From Azolla caroliniana (Eukaryota > Plantae > Polypodiophyta): a stretch of DNA of 64,000 nucleotides. The position numbers and the translations under genes were made by a program. The notes below the pieces were generated by a model that saw nothing but the letters and a program-made list of their open reading frames with translations, did no database searches and was not told the DNA's origin. The DNA is taken from positions 12,648,001 through 12,712,000 of the forward strand of contig JBHGNT010000001.1 in the NCBI GenBank assembly GCA_043228905.1. The letters are read 5' to 3'. Shown here one piece after another: positions 51,301 through 64,000 of this stretch; positions within the stretch are counted from its first letter, which is position 1, and every line of letters begins with the position of its first letter.

Positions 51301-52583
51301 AGACATTGGAGCAATATCTTCATTGTTTCATCAACTACCAACAAGATGATTGGGTTGATTTTCTGCACTTGGCTGAATTCGCTTATAACAACTCGGTCCA
51401 TTCTTCTATGGGATATTCCCCATTTTTCGCAAATACAGGCCGCCATCCTCAATGGACAATGAATGCACATCCACAAGTGCCTACCAACCCTGCTGTTGTG
51501 GATCGTCTTAGTCGCCTCCAAGAAATTCACGCTTCCATTCTTCACAATTTACATGATGCACAAGTTACACACAAGAGGCTTGCGGATCGTCATCGCCTAG
51601 ATTCCTCCAAAAAATTCTATGTTGGGGATCATGTGTGGCTTCTCCAACACAACATCAAGACTGCTCAGCCTTGTGGTAAATTGCATTACCAACGTTTTGG
51701 CCCGTACATGATCAATGGTAAGATAAGTGATGTTGCATATCGTCTTCGCCTCCCTCTGCACATGCGCCTCCATCCGGTGTTCCACGTATCCCTTTTAGAA
51801 CCTTACACTAGCAGTTCAATTCCGGGCCGTATTACAACTCCTCCGCCACCAGTTGAGTTCTTGGAAGGACCCGAATTTGAGGTTGCTGCCATTCTTTATT
51901 CTAAAATCGTGCGCAACAAGTTGTATTACTTGGTTGATTAGCTAGGCTATACCCCCAACGATCGAACTTGGGAACCTGCTGCAAATCTTTCCAATGTCGC
52001 GAACATGGTCACCACATTTCATCACGAATATCCTCATAAACCAAGTCCTACTACTACGAATCTTACGACCCGTGACACATGTCGTCGAAGAAGGGGGATA
52101 GTGTCATGATGACACTCACATTTTGTCTCGAAAGGAATTGAACCCACAACCTTGTTATACGCTTGTCAAATCCTTAACCATTGTAATAACAAGTTTATGC
52201 GTACTATTTTTAGAATATATAATCTAATATCATAAGGATATTTTGAATTACTTTATATTCTAGAATGTCCTAGAATATTCTAGAGTGTTATATATGCTAG
52301 AACCTTCTAGAATACTCTATAAACCTTCTAGATTACTAGATTACCCCAAAATATTCTAGAGTATTCTAGATTACTCTATAGAGAATTATAAATAAGGAGC
52401 TATCAACCATCCAAAAACCAAATTGGTTCAACGCCATCCTATAGCTCCCTATTGCCTACTTTGTGTACTCCATCTTATATCGCAATACAATATTTTCTTT
52501 TCAATTCTCTCTTTCTGCCTCATCAACATATCTCTTTCCCTTTTTCTCTCTCTTTCTTCTTTCTTTCTCTCTTTGTCTTGACA
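48345..52583 (+). mobile_element. Tcn1-like chromovirus, 3' half (pol, PPT 52087-52101, 3' LTR 52102-52583)
   Basis: PPT GAAGAAGGGGGATAG; LTR matches 36694-37135 inverted; flank CTCAG. Confidence 0.92.
48507..52075 (+). pseudogene. Chromovirus pol: PR, RT, RH, INT, chromodomain
   Basis: LLDSGA, VYLDDILIYS, EADASD, HESPMAGH, GPY, EFEVAAIL...YYLVD*LGY...TWEP. Confidence 0.93.
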
Positions 52584-55500
52584 CTCAGACTCTCGAACTT
52601 GTTTAGGGAAAAGTGTGCATAGTCGGCCACTCTCATCACTTGTGCCCTAATGCCCCATCTCACATCGCAATGCATGTGACCTATGTCGCACATTGGAAGC
52701 AATGGTTCGAATAGTAGATAACAGGATGGGCTCTAACATGTATCAATGTGTACGATTTCCCCGTTCCTTGAAGAATATGGTTTTGTAGTTAGGTGCAACA
52801 TGTGTAGTATAATGTGTGATGCGTGAGCCTCCGCATTTGTCCCATGTCATGATACATTGGCATTGCAAAAAGGCCTCATTTATTGAGGAATCTAGTGATG
52901 CATCATGAAGCAAGTGTCTTGCATCCCATCTACGAAACCATTTTTCTATATCTTGCATCCAACTGGAACACAAAATTTTGCTTTTATGCATCTTTTGGAT
53001 ATTTTTGCTTGCGTCCCATGCAATTCTAGGAAGTCGATGCAAGGGACTTTTTTGAACCTTAAGCATGTATTCAACAACCCTTTCCATGGCCATGATCTCA
53101 ATGGGAAGCGATCCCGTCTCAAGGAGGAGGAGGGTGTAGGGCGTTTGTTTCTTAACTTGTTGAAACTTTGTAAGAAAATGTTTTTGGACATTTTCAAACT
53201 CTTTCCACATAGATTTAGGGATGCTACCGCCCCATATTTCCACCCCATAGAGAAGAACCGGTGTCACCAAAGTGTCGAAAATATATTTCTTGAGGACCCA
53301 ACATGTAATATCTCCAAGATTGCATGTGTTCTCAAATGCATAGTACGCTCGCTTACCCGCCTCTAAGCGGCGTGGAGCAAATTCATTCCATCTATGATTT
53401 GAAGGAACTTCAAGGCCAAGATATTTGAAGCTTTCCACACATTCAAGTGGCTCATTGTTGTATATAATGCATGGTTTATCTCTTTTTTGGCTCTTCACAA
53501 GCATAATCTTTGTTTTTAGACCTATTGACACTTAATTTAGTATGCATGCACTAAAGTATTTAAAAAGCACTACATCATCTGCATATAGCAAAAGCATAAT
53601 CACAACATTCCCAATGACAACTTCTTCAACACATTCTTCCTTTACAAACTTGGTAACCATTTCTTCCCATTCATCAATGCAAGTGTTGGTGAGAGTGGGC
53701 ATCCTTGCTTAACACCAATAGTGCTATTGAAAAAATCTGAAAGTCTATCTCTCATATGCACACAACATATAACCTTCTCATATATTCGGGAAATTGCAAG
53801 CATATATTCACTTGGCACCTCAAGTTCTTCCATTTGCCTCCAAAGATGCTCACGAGGTACCATATCAAAAGCTTTATTGAAGTCTACAAAGCAACAATAT
53901 AAACCTTTACCTCTAAGGCGAATTTCCCCCATTAATACTCAAAGGGTGACAAGGTGATCAATGGTGCTAAGCCAACTTGTCCATAAGTTCTCTTACCATT
54001 TTTTTCAGCCCATACACTTATCTTTGATTCCATTATACATCCAAATAGTTTTGCTATTAATGAGCCAACCATGATTGTTCGATAGTTGTTTACATTATTT
54101 ACATTTCCACATTTATATAAAGGTTTGATCCCATTTGTAGTCCAATCATGTGGCATACCATGTTGCAATGCATCATTAAACATATCGTTTATCCATACAT
54201 GTGCTTCCTTTCCCATCCATTTGAGAATTTCAGTCTTTATACATTGAAGAGCGCTTGCCTTTTGAGAGGCCAATTAGTCCTATGCATATATCTTCAATTG
54301 TAAAGAAGGGAAACATATGTGAAAGAGAACCATAACACATCATCTTTCCAACAAGAGATAACTCATATAAATTTTTACAATGCATAGACAAGTCGTTAAG
54401 AGTTAAGTCACCATAACACTCAACATGTGTCCCCTTTAAATTTCCCCAAAATTTAGCACATGCATGTGCTTTCTCTTGCATTTGGAGAAATTGTTGAGTA
54501 ACATCCCATATTCTTCTCTTTCTTTGAATTAGCCTTTTATACTCATGCAAATGCTTTTGGTAATTTTCTTTATCCTTAACTACATCCAAAACCATAAGGC
54601 ACTTTTGAGCTTCAAGACATTCTTTATCAAACCATTTTTTCCTAAATTTCTTGGTGCATTTCCAAGATGTGCGGTTGGTCGAAAAACATTTGTTTGTACA
54701 AGAGAGAATGATTTTCTTAACAGCTTCCCATTTGCATTCTAGTGTGGCACTATGTTGTATCTTTGTCATTTGTAACATATCCTCAACCATCTTAGAATAC
54801 ATGAACGCTTTCTTAAGGTTCATGCTCAAGTGTGATTGTTTATTATCTTCAATGGTCTTCTCACAATCAAACCTATGCATACATTTGAGATCAATACATA
54901 AAGCCCTCTGATCGAATTCCGATGTCCATTCACCAAGTGAGAATTTATGTATATGATCCAAAATACCTTCAGAAAGTAGCACATAGTCAATCAAACTATT
55001 TTCGTTGTGTTTTCTACATGTAAAACCATTAGTGTTGGGCCATCTCCGATGTCCATTCACCAAGTGAGAATTTATGTATACGATCCAAAATACCTTCGGA
55101 AAGTAGCACATAGTCAATCAAACTATTTTCGTTGTGTTTTCTACATATAAAACCATTAGTGTTGGGCCATAAGGAAACACCATTTGCAATAAGCAATCCA
55201 GTACTATTACACATTTGTAGGAGTAACTTCCCAAATTGGTCTGGATCTTTTTCATCGCTAGAAAAGTGGTTATACATTTGCATATCCTCGTGCGTCCTTG
55301 AGATATGTGGCATGAAAGATTCTTGAGAATCAAGTTGGAAACTTCTTGTACGAGCATTCATGACACCAAAGAGTCAAGACAATAACTTCCCCTTTGGATT
55401 TGAAATAAGCAATATCATCTTCTAGATTGGCAAAAGGTTGATCTTTATCCAAACAAGCATAAAAATTAAAATCTTGATAAGGAATGTAAGTGTATCCAAC

Positions 55501-56450
55501 TGTAACAATGGGCAAATCATTAGGTGTTTCTATTTTGAGCCATATGTAGCATTTATGTTCATCATTTTTTACGATTGACACATATTTCTCTATTTCCTTC
55601 TTAATCAAACATGACACCCCTCCTTGTCCTTTTCTTTGTCTTGGATTTTTCTCCCATATCAAAGAGTGTACATTATAGTTTCCTAAACGTTGAATCCTTT
55701 AAGTATCATGCTCCCATATTTCAACAAGAAGTGTGATATCCAAGTCATCGGTGAACTCCTCATTTCATGGGTATCCATTGCAATTCCAAAAGCATAGTCG
55801 TAAAAGACGTGGGTTAGTCTCATAGGTCACATGTCCCTCTTTGCCTACATTTCCATCTTTATGCACATCCTTAACCTTATTTTTCAATCTCTCTTCATAT
55901 ACTTTACGACATGCATTTTGTTGTGAGATAGTACGATCTTTACTCACAAAGCATTGCGTACCTTTGAGGTATACCCAACTATTTTCGAGTATGATCCGCC
56001 GCTTTGTATCATCCGTCATTGTGCATACAATAGGCCTTTCTCCAAAGCGAGTAACACCATGTTGCCCAACTCGGTGTGCCCCATATACATTCACATCTGA
56101 CATCCCATAATGCATGCTAAAAAATTCACCAATGGCCTTTCCGAAGGATGCGGGTGTTCATACTCTCCTCTTTAATCCCACGAATGACAATGTTCTTTGA
56201 TCGTCATTCACCTTCTTTCAATTCTTAGAAATCTATGCTTTCTATATTCTTCTCTTGATGCATCACATGCATATTAGATGAGTTTGATACCACATCCCCA
56301 CCACATACATCGGCCCATGACTTCGTTGTACATACATTTTTCATCTCACTTACATCCCACCTCATCCTATCCAAATTATCTTCTTTTAATGTTTCCTTTA
56401 ACTCAATCTTGTTAAGGCGCTCATTTGTTTCGAAAGAATCTTATCTTCGC
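52584..56450 (-). mobile_element. Degenerate RTE-type LINE (short ORF1-like region, AP endonuclease, RT) with a ~128-bp internal tandem duplication at 54919-55170
   Basis: CFWNCNG, SLIDY, NNYRTIMV, FVDFNKAFD, GVKQGCPLSP, LLYADD, FKYLG. 5' boundary is approximate. Confidence 0.88.
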
Positions 56451-56599
56451 TTATCCGGGGGGTCGTCCCCCTTAGTCACGTAAAGCGATCATTATTCAAA
56501 CACGGTATCTGCGTTTTGTAATGGTAATCAAAATATCAATCATCTGATGGATCATTGAGTAATGCCTAAGGATTCCTCCATGACCCATCGGATGACAAT

Positions 56600-57060
56600 G
56601 ATTATTAGCAAAGACTTATCCGTGGCATATTCAATTCCTCAATTGAGAGAGAGAGGACTAGGGTCATGTACGTGCTTTGTTTGCACCATTCCGTTGGAGG
56701 ACAATACACATTGGTTCATTAAATCTCCTATAGCATGTATCATTTGGAAATACTAATAAGACATTTGGTAAGTTTTAACTCGTTGTTATTTGAGGCCTCA
56801 ACAATGGGTTTTTTCTCAGTATGTCGAAAATGGTCCAAATGATGAGTTGGAGATAATGTTCCAATTTTGACGATATTGGGGACTGCAACACAATTGGAAT
56901 ATGTGTAATGCTTTCATGTTTGATAATAGACATGATGTGAAAGCCTATATGAAGAAGTTGAACAATATTCTTATGTGGAATTTCTGGAAGTTAGAGCATG
57001 TGGGGATAATTTCTTCAAGTGCATATTCAAGTCTCTTCCATTTGTGTATCTTGTCCCATT
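56600..57060 (+). mobile_element. Degraded L1-type LINE C-terminal (zf-RVT-like) fragment
   Basis: CFVCTIPLEDNTHWF....IACIIW pattern. Confidence 0.45.
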
Positions 57061-57084
57061 TTCTTGCCTCTAGACTTATCCATT

Positions 57085-57293
57085 TGGTACCAATGTTAAT
57101 GCAATTTGACCAAAAAGGCATGGGTGTTAATTGTATGGTAGGTACTTAAGAAGTATGGGGTGGTAGCACCCCTAAGTCCATTTGGAAAGTGGTACCAATG
57201 TCAATATCATGTGACAAAAAAGGCATGAGAGTTAACTCTATGGTAGGTACTTAAGAAGTATGGGGTGGTAGCACCCCTAAGTCCATTTGGAAA
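57085..57293. repeat. ~107-bp tandem duplication
   Basis: ATGGTAGGTACTTAAGAAGTATGGGGTGGTAGCACCCCTAAGTCCATTTGGAAA occurs twice. Confidence 0.85.
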
Positions 57294-57539
57294 ATGTTTG
57301 AAAACTTCCAACAATGTTTTCTTATGAAGTTTCTTCGAGTCAAGTTGTAAACACCATAAATGCTCCAACATTTTCAGACTAGTTCATTTTCTATTGAGAT
57401 CATGGCAATGACAGGGTTCTCTAATACATGCTTAAGGTTAAAAAAATCCCTCACATTGACTTCCTACAGTTGGACATAAAGCAAGTAAAAAGCCTCAAAA
57501 GACGCATAAAAGCCAATTTTGGAGCTCCAAAACCAGAGC

Positions 57540-58030
57540 ATTGTATGAAGAAATGGTTTGAAAAATGGGATACATAACATTTGTTTTATGATGCATCAAT
57601 AGATTTGTTTGTGAATGAGGCTTTTTACAATGCCCATGTGTTATGGCATCAAATCATGTTTAATGCATTATGTGACATCATATGTTGGCAATGCACCAAA
57701 CTATGAAAAAACCATCTTCTTCTTTGAACAAGAGAACCACACTGATTGATACATGCTAGAGTAAATCCCTTTATATCATCCACAACATTGCTTATATATT
57801 ACTAAGGCCACATTCCCCTTGATGAGGTGGGGCTTTGGGGCCGTGTGGAGACTCATCATCAATGTGTATTAGTTTGAGAGTATCAATCGTTGATGCAATG
57901 CTTTGACCACATTCAAGTTTTCTTTTCACATAATGTCATTCTGGTCCACTCCCTACTTTGATTCCTTTCACAATCACAATGTGCACTATCAATTTCAAAG
58001 TTTATTAGTAAAATTCTTGAATATCAAGAC
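57540..58030 (+). mobile_element. Degraded RTE LINE 3' fragment
   Basis: Similar to 61690-62220 and to the reverse complement of 52600-52950. Confidence 0.65.
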
Positions 58031-58754
58031 AAGTACTCAATTTGACACACGTAGGTTGTACAACAATTTCACTTTTATTCCCACAGAATGTTTTACCTTT
58101 GAGGATGATAATAAAACCAATACCAATCCATTTATATAACATATTTATGATGATGTTGTCTCTTGTCGATTGATTGAAAGAAGTTCATGGAGTTATTACT
58201 TTATGTCAATGTGCAACATTTTAACATGAAATGTCCCTCATCCTCAATCTCATGTTGTCCATAAACAATTCTCTTTAGCTAAGGCATTCCATATACAATT
58301 AATTCTCTTTAGTTTGGTGCAACATGAGAATTGTATGTATGTACTGTGTACATATAGGGGAGAGAAAGCAAAAGCAAAAAAGCAAAAAAGCAAAAGGCGA
58401 TGGCGAGAAGACTTCATTGCTTGCAGGAAATTGAAGAGAAAAGAATGAAGACTGAAGCAGTTGCGACTTTTTCAGGAGGATATTGATTTTCTTCACAAGA
58501 AGCCTCAACAAGTTAACGCTCCATTTCTGCTCGTGAGTGGAGAACCCTGTTTCATCCATCTCCCCAACGGTATCTATACTTCCTTCCTTCTTCTCTGCTG
58601 AAATCTGTGTCTAAATCCAAACACATACACTCTTTTTCTGTATACACATACATGGAAGTGATTGTTGACAGTGTCGGTGGATGTGAAGTTGCATATTTTT
58701 GCATCACGGATGTTCATGCATAACTGCATTTTGCTGCTTTTTCTCCCCCATACA

Positions 58755-58788
<34 letters not shown>

Positions 58789-58915
58789 CATACACAACAT
58801 ACATGTTGCTTCAGGTTTTCATACACATCATGTGACCAGTCAGAGACGCCTTTTTTCTGTGATATCATACCTAATATCATGTGTGGTGATCGTCCAAGTC
58901 TTCTCAGAGAATAAA

Positions 58916-59348
58916 ATGATGGCTAGAGTGCCCAGTGGAAGTTCTATACTCACATCACCAGCTGTATCCACTAAGTGCGGAGATGCGGAAAAATGGCTAT
59001 ATTACCACCACAATTCTAACATCGTCAGAGTCGAGAGTCTTAATGCTAATCATAGAAATCAGTGTGCTTCTACTACTAATCAAACACAATCATCTCATGC
59101 TCCGAACAATCCTTGAAAATCATTTCACTTAGAATTATACCCCTATTCATTCCCCTACGGTTCAGCGTCAATTCATAAGGAGTTTCGCAAAACCTGCAGG
59201 TAATAATTATGGATTGCTCATTCTAGTTATTAGTAGCATACGTATATTTGTTAATGATACAATGTACACAGATGTGCTTATAGCACAAAGGAAGTACATG
59301 TTTGTGTCAGCTAGCATCAAAAGTCTGTGGATGGTTTGTCATAAGATC

Positions 59349-59382
<34 letters not shown>

Positions 59383-61166
59383 TGTATGTATGTATGTATG
59401 TATGTATGTATGTATGTATGTGTGTGTGTGTCAGTCATAAGAAGTATATGTATGAGTTGGTCATGCAAAGTATATGTACTATTGTACTTGATAGCCATAG
59501 AAGTATATGTAGGTGCCTGCCTAGTCATAAGAAGCATATGGATGTGTTTACTCAGAAGAAGTATCTGGTTGCATTAGTAGTAAGAAGTATATGGATGCAT
59601 TAGTGACTAGCCATAAGAAGTATTATGGATGTGTAACTGTATCATTGTGTAATTTTTTTTTGGTAGTTGATTGGAATGAAGATATTGCAGACCAAAATGA
59701 GGTTTTTGCCAAGATGCCGACAGAAGGGCAATCAGATTTGACAAAAGATGCAGGTACCGAAGTGTCGCCTGCAACATCCAAAAGAGACATGGGTACTCGA
59801 ATGACCCCATTGTCAAGTTCTTGTTCTTCTCCTATTAGAAATAGCTCACCCCCACGCCACAATACACCAGTCAAAATTAGACGGAATAGCGATGTGATGA
59901 AAAAGGATAATAGTAGTAGTCGTAACAATATTCCGATTCTTGACAGTAGAGATCACCACCTCAATCATGTTGAGATCTCGGAGGGTTGTCACATGTCTAA
60001 GCTAGATCTTGTAGACCCTTGTGGAAGCAAAGTGTCCTTGCAATCCTGTGATGAGAAAGACTCCGTGCATAGTTCAATGAATGTAACCACTGAGGAGAAT
60101 CAGCATGCAGTGGAAGAAGGCATAAACATGTTGGGATCATTCACTCTTCTGGAGACCCGGACTGCAGCATGGGAGGAAGCAGAACAAGCAAAATGTGTCG
60201 CTAAGTGGGTTCTCTTTCTTTTTTCATCGATAGTGCGGTTTTTGGTTGTTTTAGTCATCGAACTATGTGATAATGAACAATCCATTCATTGTAGTCATTC
60301 CATCAGGGAGAATGATAGAGCAAGAGGGATTTCTCTTCTTTTTTTGATTGATTTTATCTTCAATGTTTTACACCTTTTCTTTTTGCAGGTGTAACCTTCA
60401 TTTTCTTCTTAATCAATCTACCCTTTTTTCATGACATTTTATCTATTCGTTAACAAATAGGAAATGTGATGTTCGATTATAATTTTATCAGGTATAACCA
60501 AGAACAAGCTCGAATTGAGGCATGGGAAACCCTCCAAAGGGCTAGAGCAGAAGCAAAGTTGAAGAGGCTGGAGGTAAAATGGACTAATGTGGAAATCCAT
60601 CAAATTTAAGTGAAAGAAAAATCTAAATGAAACAAGAAACACTTTGATGCTTGAATAAACTCAATTCATAAGCCAAAGCGAAAATCAACCAAATTCGTTG
60701 AATGGGACAACCATTACTTCAATTCATAAAATGGGATCAATTTTCATTTTCATTCCAATACATAAATGAAACAACAATCAACCCTATCCATCAATGACAG
60801 TACCATAAATCCATCTATGCACAAAAATACAGAGAAATTAACAACAATCAGCTCAATTCATAGAATGGAGCAAACGAACAATCCATTCATAAAATGAAAA
60901 CAGTTTGTTTGTTTGGAAATCACCAATGTTGAATTAATTTAACCAAGTTATCCAAACTGTCTTGTTTAAAGGTAAAGTTGGAAAAGCTTAGAGCAAAAGC
61001 CATTGAGAAGGTTTCAAGGAAGGTAGCATCTTTGGAGAGGCATGCCAACCAAAAGAGAGTTGTGGCTGAGTCCAAGCAAGCTCGCCACATGAGCAATTTG
61101 AGGGCGAGGAAATCTAATCTCCATACATTGTTTCCATGTAGTAACTTCTACAAATGGTCAACTTGA
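58916..61166 (+). CDS. Remorin family protein (group 6-like). Supported exons 59667-60204, 60492-60573, 60972-61166; 5' exon(s) uncertain
   Basis: Spliced C-terminus AAWEEAEQAKCVAK|YNQEQARIEAWETLQRARAEAKLKRLE|VKLEKLRAKAIEK...FPC matches Remorin_C. N-terminal motifs DAEKW, RDMGTRMTP, SPPRHNTP. Phase-compatible GT-AG introns. Confidence 0.85.
59354..59430. repeat. (TATG)n/(TG)n microsatellite in a remorin intron; (CATA)n also present at ~58750-58790
   Basis: Seen directly in the sequence. Confidence 0.95.
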
Positions 61167-61640
61167 CGACACATCTGCATTAATGGTACGACCTAACCTC
61201 CCTAAGAACCGTCAGAACATGGAAGGACTCAATATGTAGTATATATACACTTTGATATAGCATCCCAATAATATTCTTTTTCTAGACTTCCAAGAGGGCT
61301 TTGGCCAAAAAGTTTGTATCTTCATCACTTGTGGATCCCATTTCAATCTTTAGGTTATCATAAAGTATGTTGCCACTTGTTCTATTGATGCATTTAATAG
61401 TATTTATCTCATTTTTCTTCACGAATGTGATGCATCTCACATCAAATTTGGAGTAATGGATATCTTGGCTTTTCTCAATTATCAAGAAAATAACAAAATG
61501 AACATATTCTGTATTCTAAAGTTCTGTAAAACATTTTTTCCTATAATTCAAATTGGTACTCTCCTTGTCTGATGAGTACCCACCTAACTCTGGGAACATG
61601 AGTTAATGTTCTCTCCCCCCTTCCTCTCTCTATGAATCTC

Positions 61641-62290
61641 ATGGGAAGCCAGCAAAAATATCCAAAAGATGCATAAAAGCAAAATTTTGTGTCCGATTGG
61701 ATGCAAGATATGGAAAAATGGTTTGGTAGATGGGATACAACACACTTGCTTCATGATAAGTCACTAGATTCCTCTGTAAATGAGTTCTTTTTGCAATTCC
61801 AATGTATCATGACATGGAAAAATGTGGAGGCTCACACTTCACACATTACACAAGTTGAACCTAACTACAAAACCATATTCTTCACTGAACAGGGAAACCG
61901 TACACATCAATGCATGTTAGAACCCATCTTGTTGTCTGTCATCTGAACCATTGCTTCTATGCGCCTTAGCTCACACACATTGAAATGTGAAAAGGGGTGT
62001 TGGGGCACAAGTGATGAGAATGGTCAACTATGAGCACTTTGCTTAAAACAAGTTTGAGAGTTTGAGTATCACACTTTGATATAATGCTCTACATTTGATC
62101 ATATTTGACTATCCTTTCAACACATCTTCGACCAAACCGAATCCTTGCGCGAATTTCTCTCACATTCACAATGTGCACTCTCAATTGCAAAATTCATTAG
62201 TAAAGTTCTTGAACATTAAGAGCTGCTACTCATTTTTACGTATATATTACGTGACATATAATATTTTTGGCCTCATTGGTCATATTTGAC
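61641..62290 (+). mobile_element. 5'-truncated RTE LINE (3' end)
   Basis: WMQDMEKWFGRWD...NYKTIFF matches the C-terminus of ORF 52743-53531. Confidence 0.85.
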
Positions 62291-62314
62291 CTCCTAAGAT
62301 GATAATAGAATCTA

Positions 62315-62627
62315 GGGAAAAGTACCAGGATACCCTTGGAAATTCATCTATTTACCAGAATGCCCCTGGAAGTTCCAAATTTACCAAACTACCCCTATGT
62401 CCAAAAAATTACACTTTATAAAGTAATTATACACTCAAATCTTTGGTAAATAGGGCTAGTTCAGGTCCATTTCTTCCATCTTTGGTAAATAGAGCTTGAA
62501 GATGTGAGTGTATAATTACTTTATAAAGTGTAATTTTTTGGACATAGGGGTAGTTTGGTAAATTTGGAACTTCTAGGGGCATTCTGGTAAATAGACGAAC
62601 TTCCAAGGGTATCCTGGTACTTTTCCC
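62315..62627. mobile_element. Mutator-like MITE
   Basis: ~120-bp terminal inverted repeats starting GGGAAAAGTACCAGG. 9-bp TSD TAGAATCTA at 62306-62314 and 62628-62636. Confidence 0.93.
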
Positions 62628-63312
62628 TAGAATCTATCAATGCATATTTTGGGTTGAACACATTCACAAGTTTGAGTATCAAACTATAATATAATGCTTG
62701 TAGCCTTTGGTTACATCAAGTTTTCTCTCCACATATTATCAATTTGGTTCAATTCATAGACACATTTCTCTTCATGAAAATATTAATAAAATTCTTGAAC
62801 ATCAAGAGGCTCTAATCGACGTTGCATACTATGTAAAAACATTTCATATTTGGTCTTATAAATCATATTTGACCTCAAAAGATTATAATAAAAACTCTTA
62901 TGCAATCATTTAATTGACATGGGGATCAACTTTGTTGCTATAATTTAGTGATCTTTTTTCTTGTAAATAATAATTTAGTAATATCTTATTTGACCATACC
63001 CATAACAACTTTATAGTTGTGTACGTTGTGCATATGTATGAATATGCAAACACTTACTTACATAACTATTAACAACTATATATATGAGAGATTAACTTTG
63101 AATATAACTCGAATTGATTTATTTATTGCTCCCCAATGTATATCTTTATGTGAATGTATTTTTCCACATGAAACGCATATGTAACATTACTACTTCTGCA
63201 TGATTATTGCTAGATACACATTTAAAGGTTAAAAGAAAATGTGTGGTTGTCATACATGTCCATATATGTTAAAGTATATATATTCATTTATGCATTATAA
63301 TGTATATACATA

Positions 63313-64000
63313 TACCCATCAAGTTTATAAGTTGCTCGCAAAAATTGTGGCACGTCGTTTAACACCGCTTCTCCCTCAACTCATTCATCCGTCCCAGACA
63401 GGGTTCGTTAGAAATCGGAGCATCCTAGACAACCTCTTCTCATTCTGGGAAGCAGTAGCCCTTGCCAAGCGTACCAACAACAAGGTAGCGATGGTGCTAC
63501 TAGATTTTACGAAAGCATATGACAGGGTATGTTGGAACTTTCTAGAAAGTGTGATGGGGAAACTCGGCTTTCAAGAGACATGGATCAAAGGCATTGCAGG
63601 ACTTTATAGGAACGGCAGTAGTTGTGTTTCACTGGTAGGTGAAAGGGGCCCCTTTTTCCAAATATCCCGATCTGTACGACAAGGATGCCCACTAGCTCCA
63701 TCCTTATTTCTATTATATGCTGAAGCACTCTCTTGCTTTCTCAACTCGCAACATCTCAACCTACGTGGTCTTCTCATACCTCATTCTCACCAAAGCATCA
63801 TGGATATAGAATTTGCGGATGACACAACGGTCTACCTGCAAGGGGACTTGGAAAACCTCCAAAAGCTAGAAAGTGGGCTAGCCGTATTTTGCAAGAGATC
63901 CAATGCCCTAATCAATTGGCACAAATCCTGTGCAATATGGCTTTCTCATGAAACACATCCGGTGTGGCACCTACATCCCGCTTTCAAATGGATCAATCAA
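63313..64000 (+). mobile_element. L1/Tx1-type LINE reverse transcriptase, 5'-truncated, running off the window
   Basis: YKLLAKIVARRL..QTGFVRNRSILDN..LDFTKAYDRV..SVRQGCPLAP..FADDT in an open frame. Confidence 0.9.

Overview
Eukaryotic plant genomic DNA, probably from a non-seed land plant given the Tcn1-like and non-chromovirus gypsy lineages (inference). About 85-90% is a nested pile of transposable elements: Ty3/gypsy (non-chromovirus and Tcn1-like chromovirus), Ty1/copia, RTE and L1 LINEs, a Mutator-type MITE and a structured satellite. One host gene, a remorin, lies at ~58.9-61.2 kb. Main finding: two related but distinct gypsy elements (B, 1122-7187; D, 19140-32090 plus inverted 40130-47811) have no polypurine tract. 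Instead, exactly 2 nt upstream of the 3' LTR, each carries a sense copy of the 3' half of a tRNA-Arg (T-arm plus acceptor strand ending in CCA) with a covarying hairpin inserted in the T-loop. This is effectively a second primer-binding site on the opposite strand and suggests tRNA- or tRNA-mimic-primed plus-strand synthesis. Both elements also share an extra 3' ORF. Other findings: (1) a ~16-kb inversion (~32.1-47.8/48.3 kb) supported by split elements and matching TSDs; (2) a gag-only, tRNA-Trp-primed LTR family with 4-bp NCGT TSDs; (3) a Tf1-type self-priming element; (4) antisense tRNA-like Pol III A/B boxes inside three LTR families; (5) a very young copia with identical LTRs. All alignments were done by eye and tRNA assignments are from memory of plant tRNA sequences.
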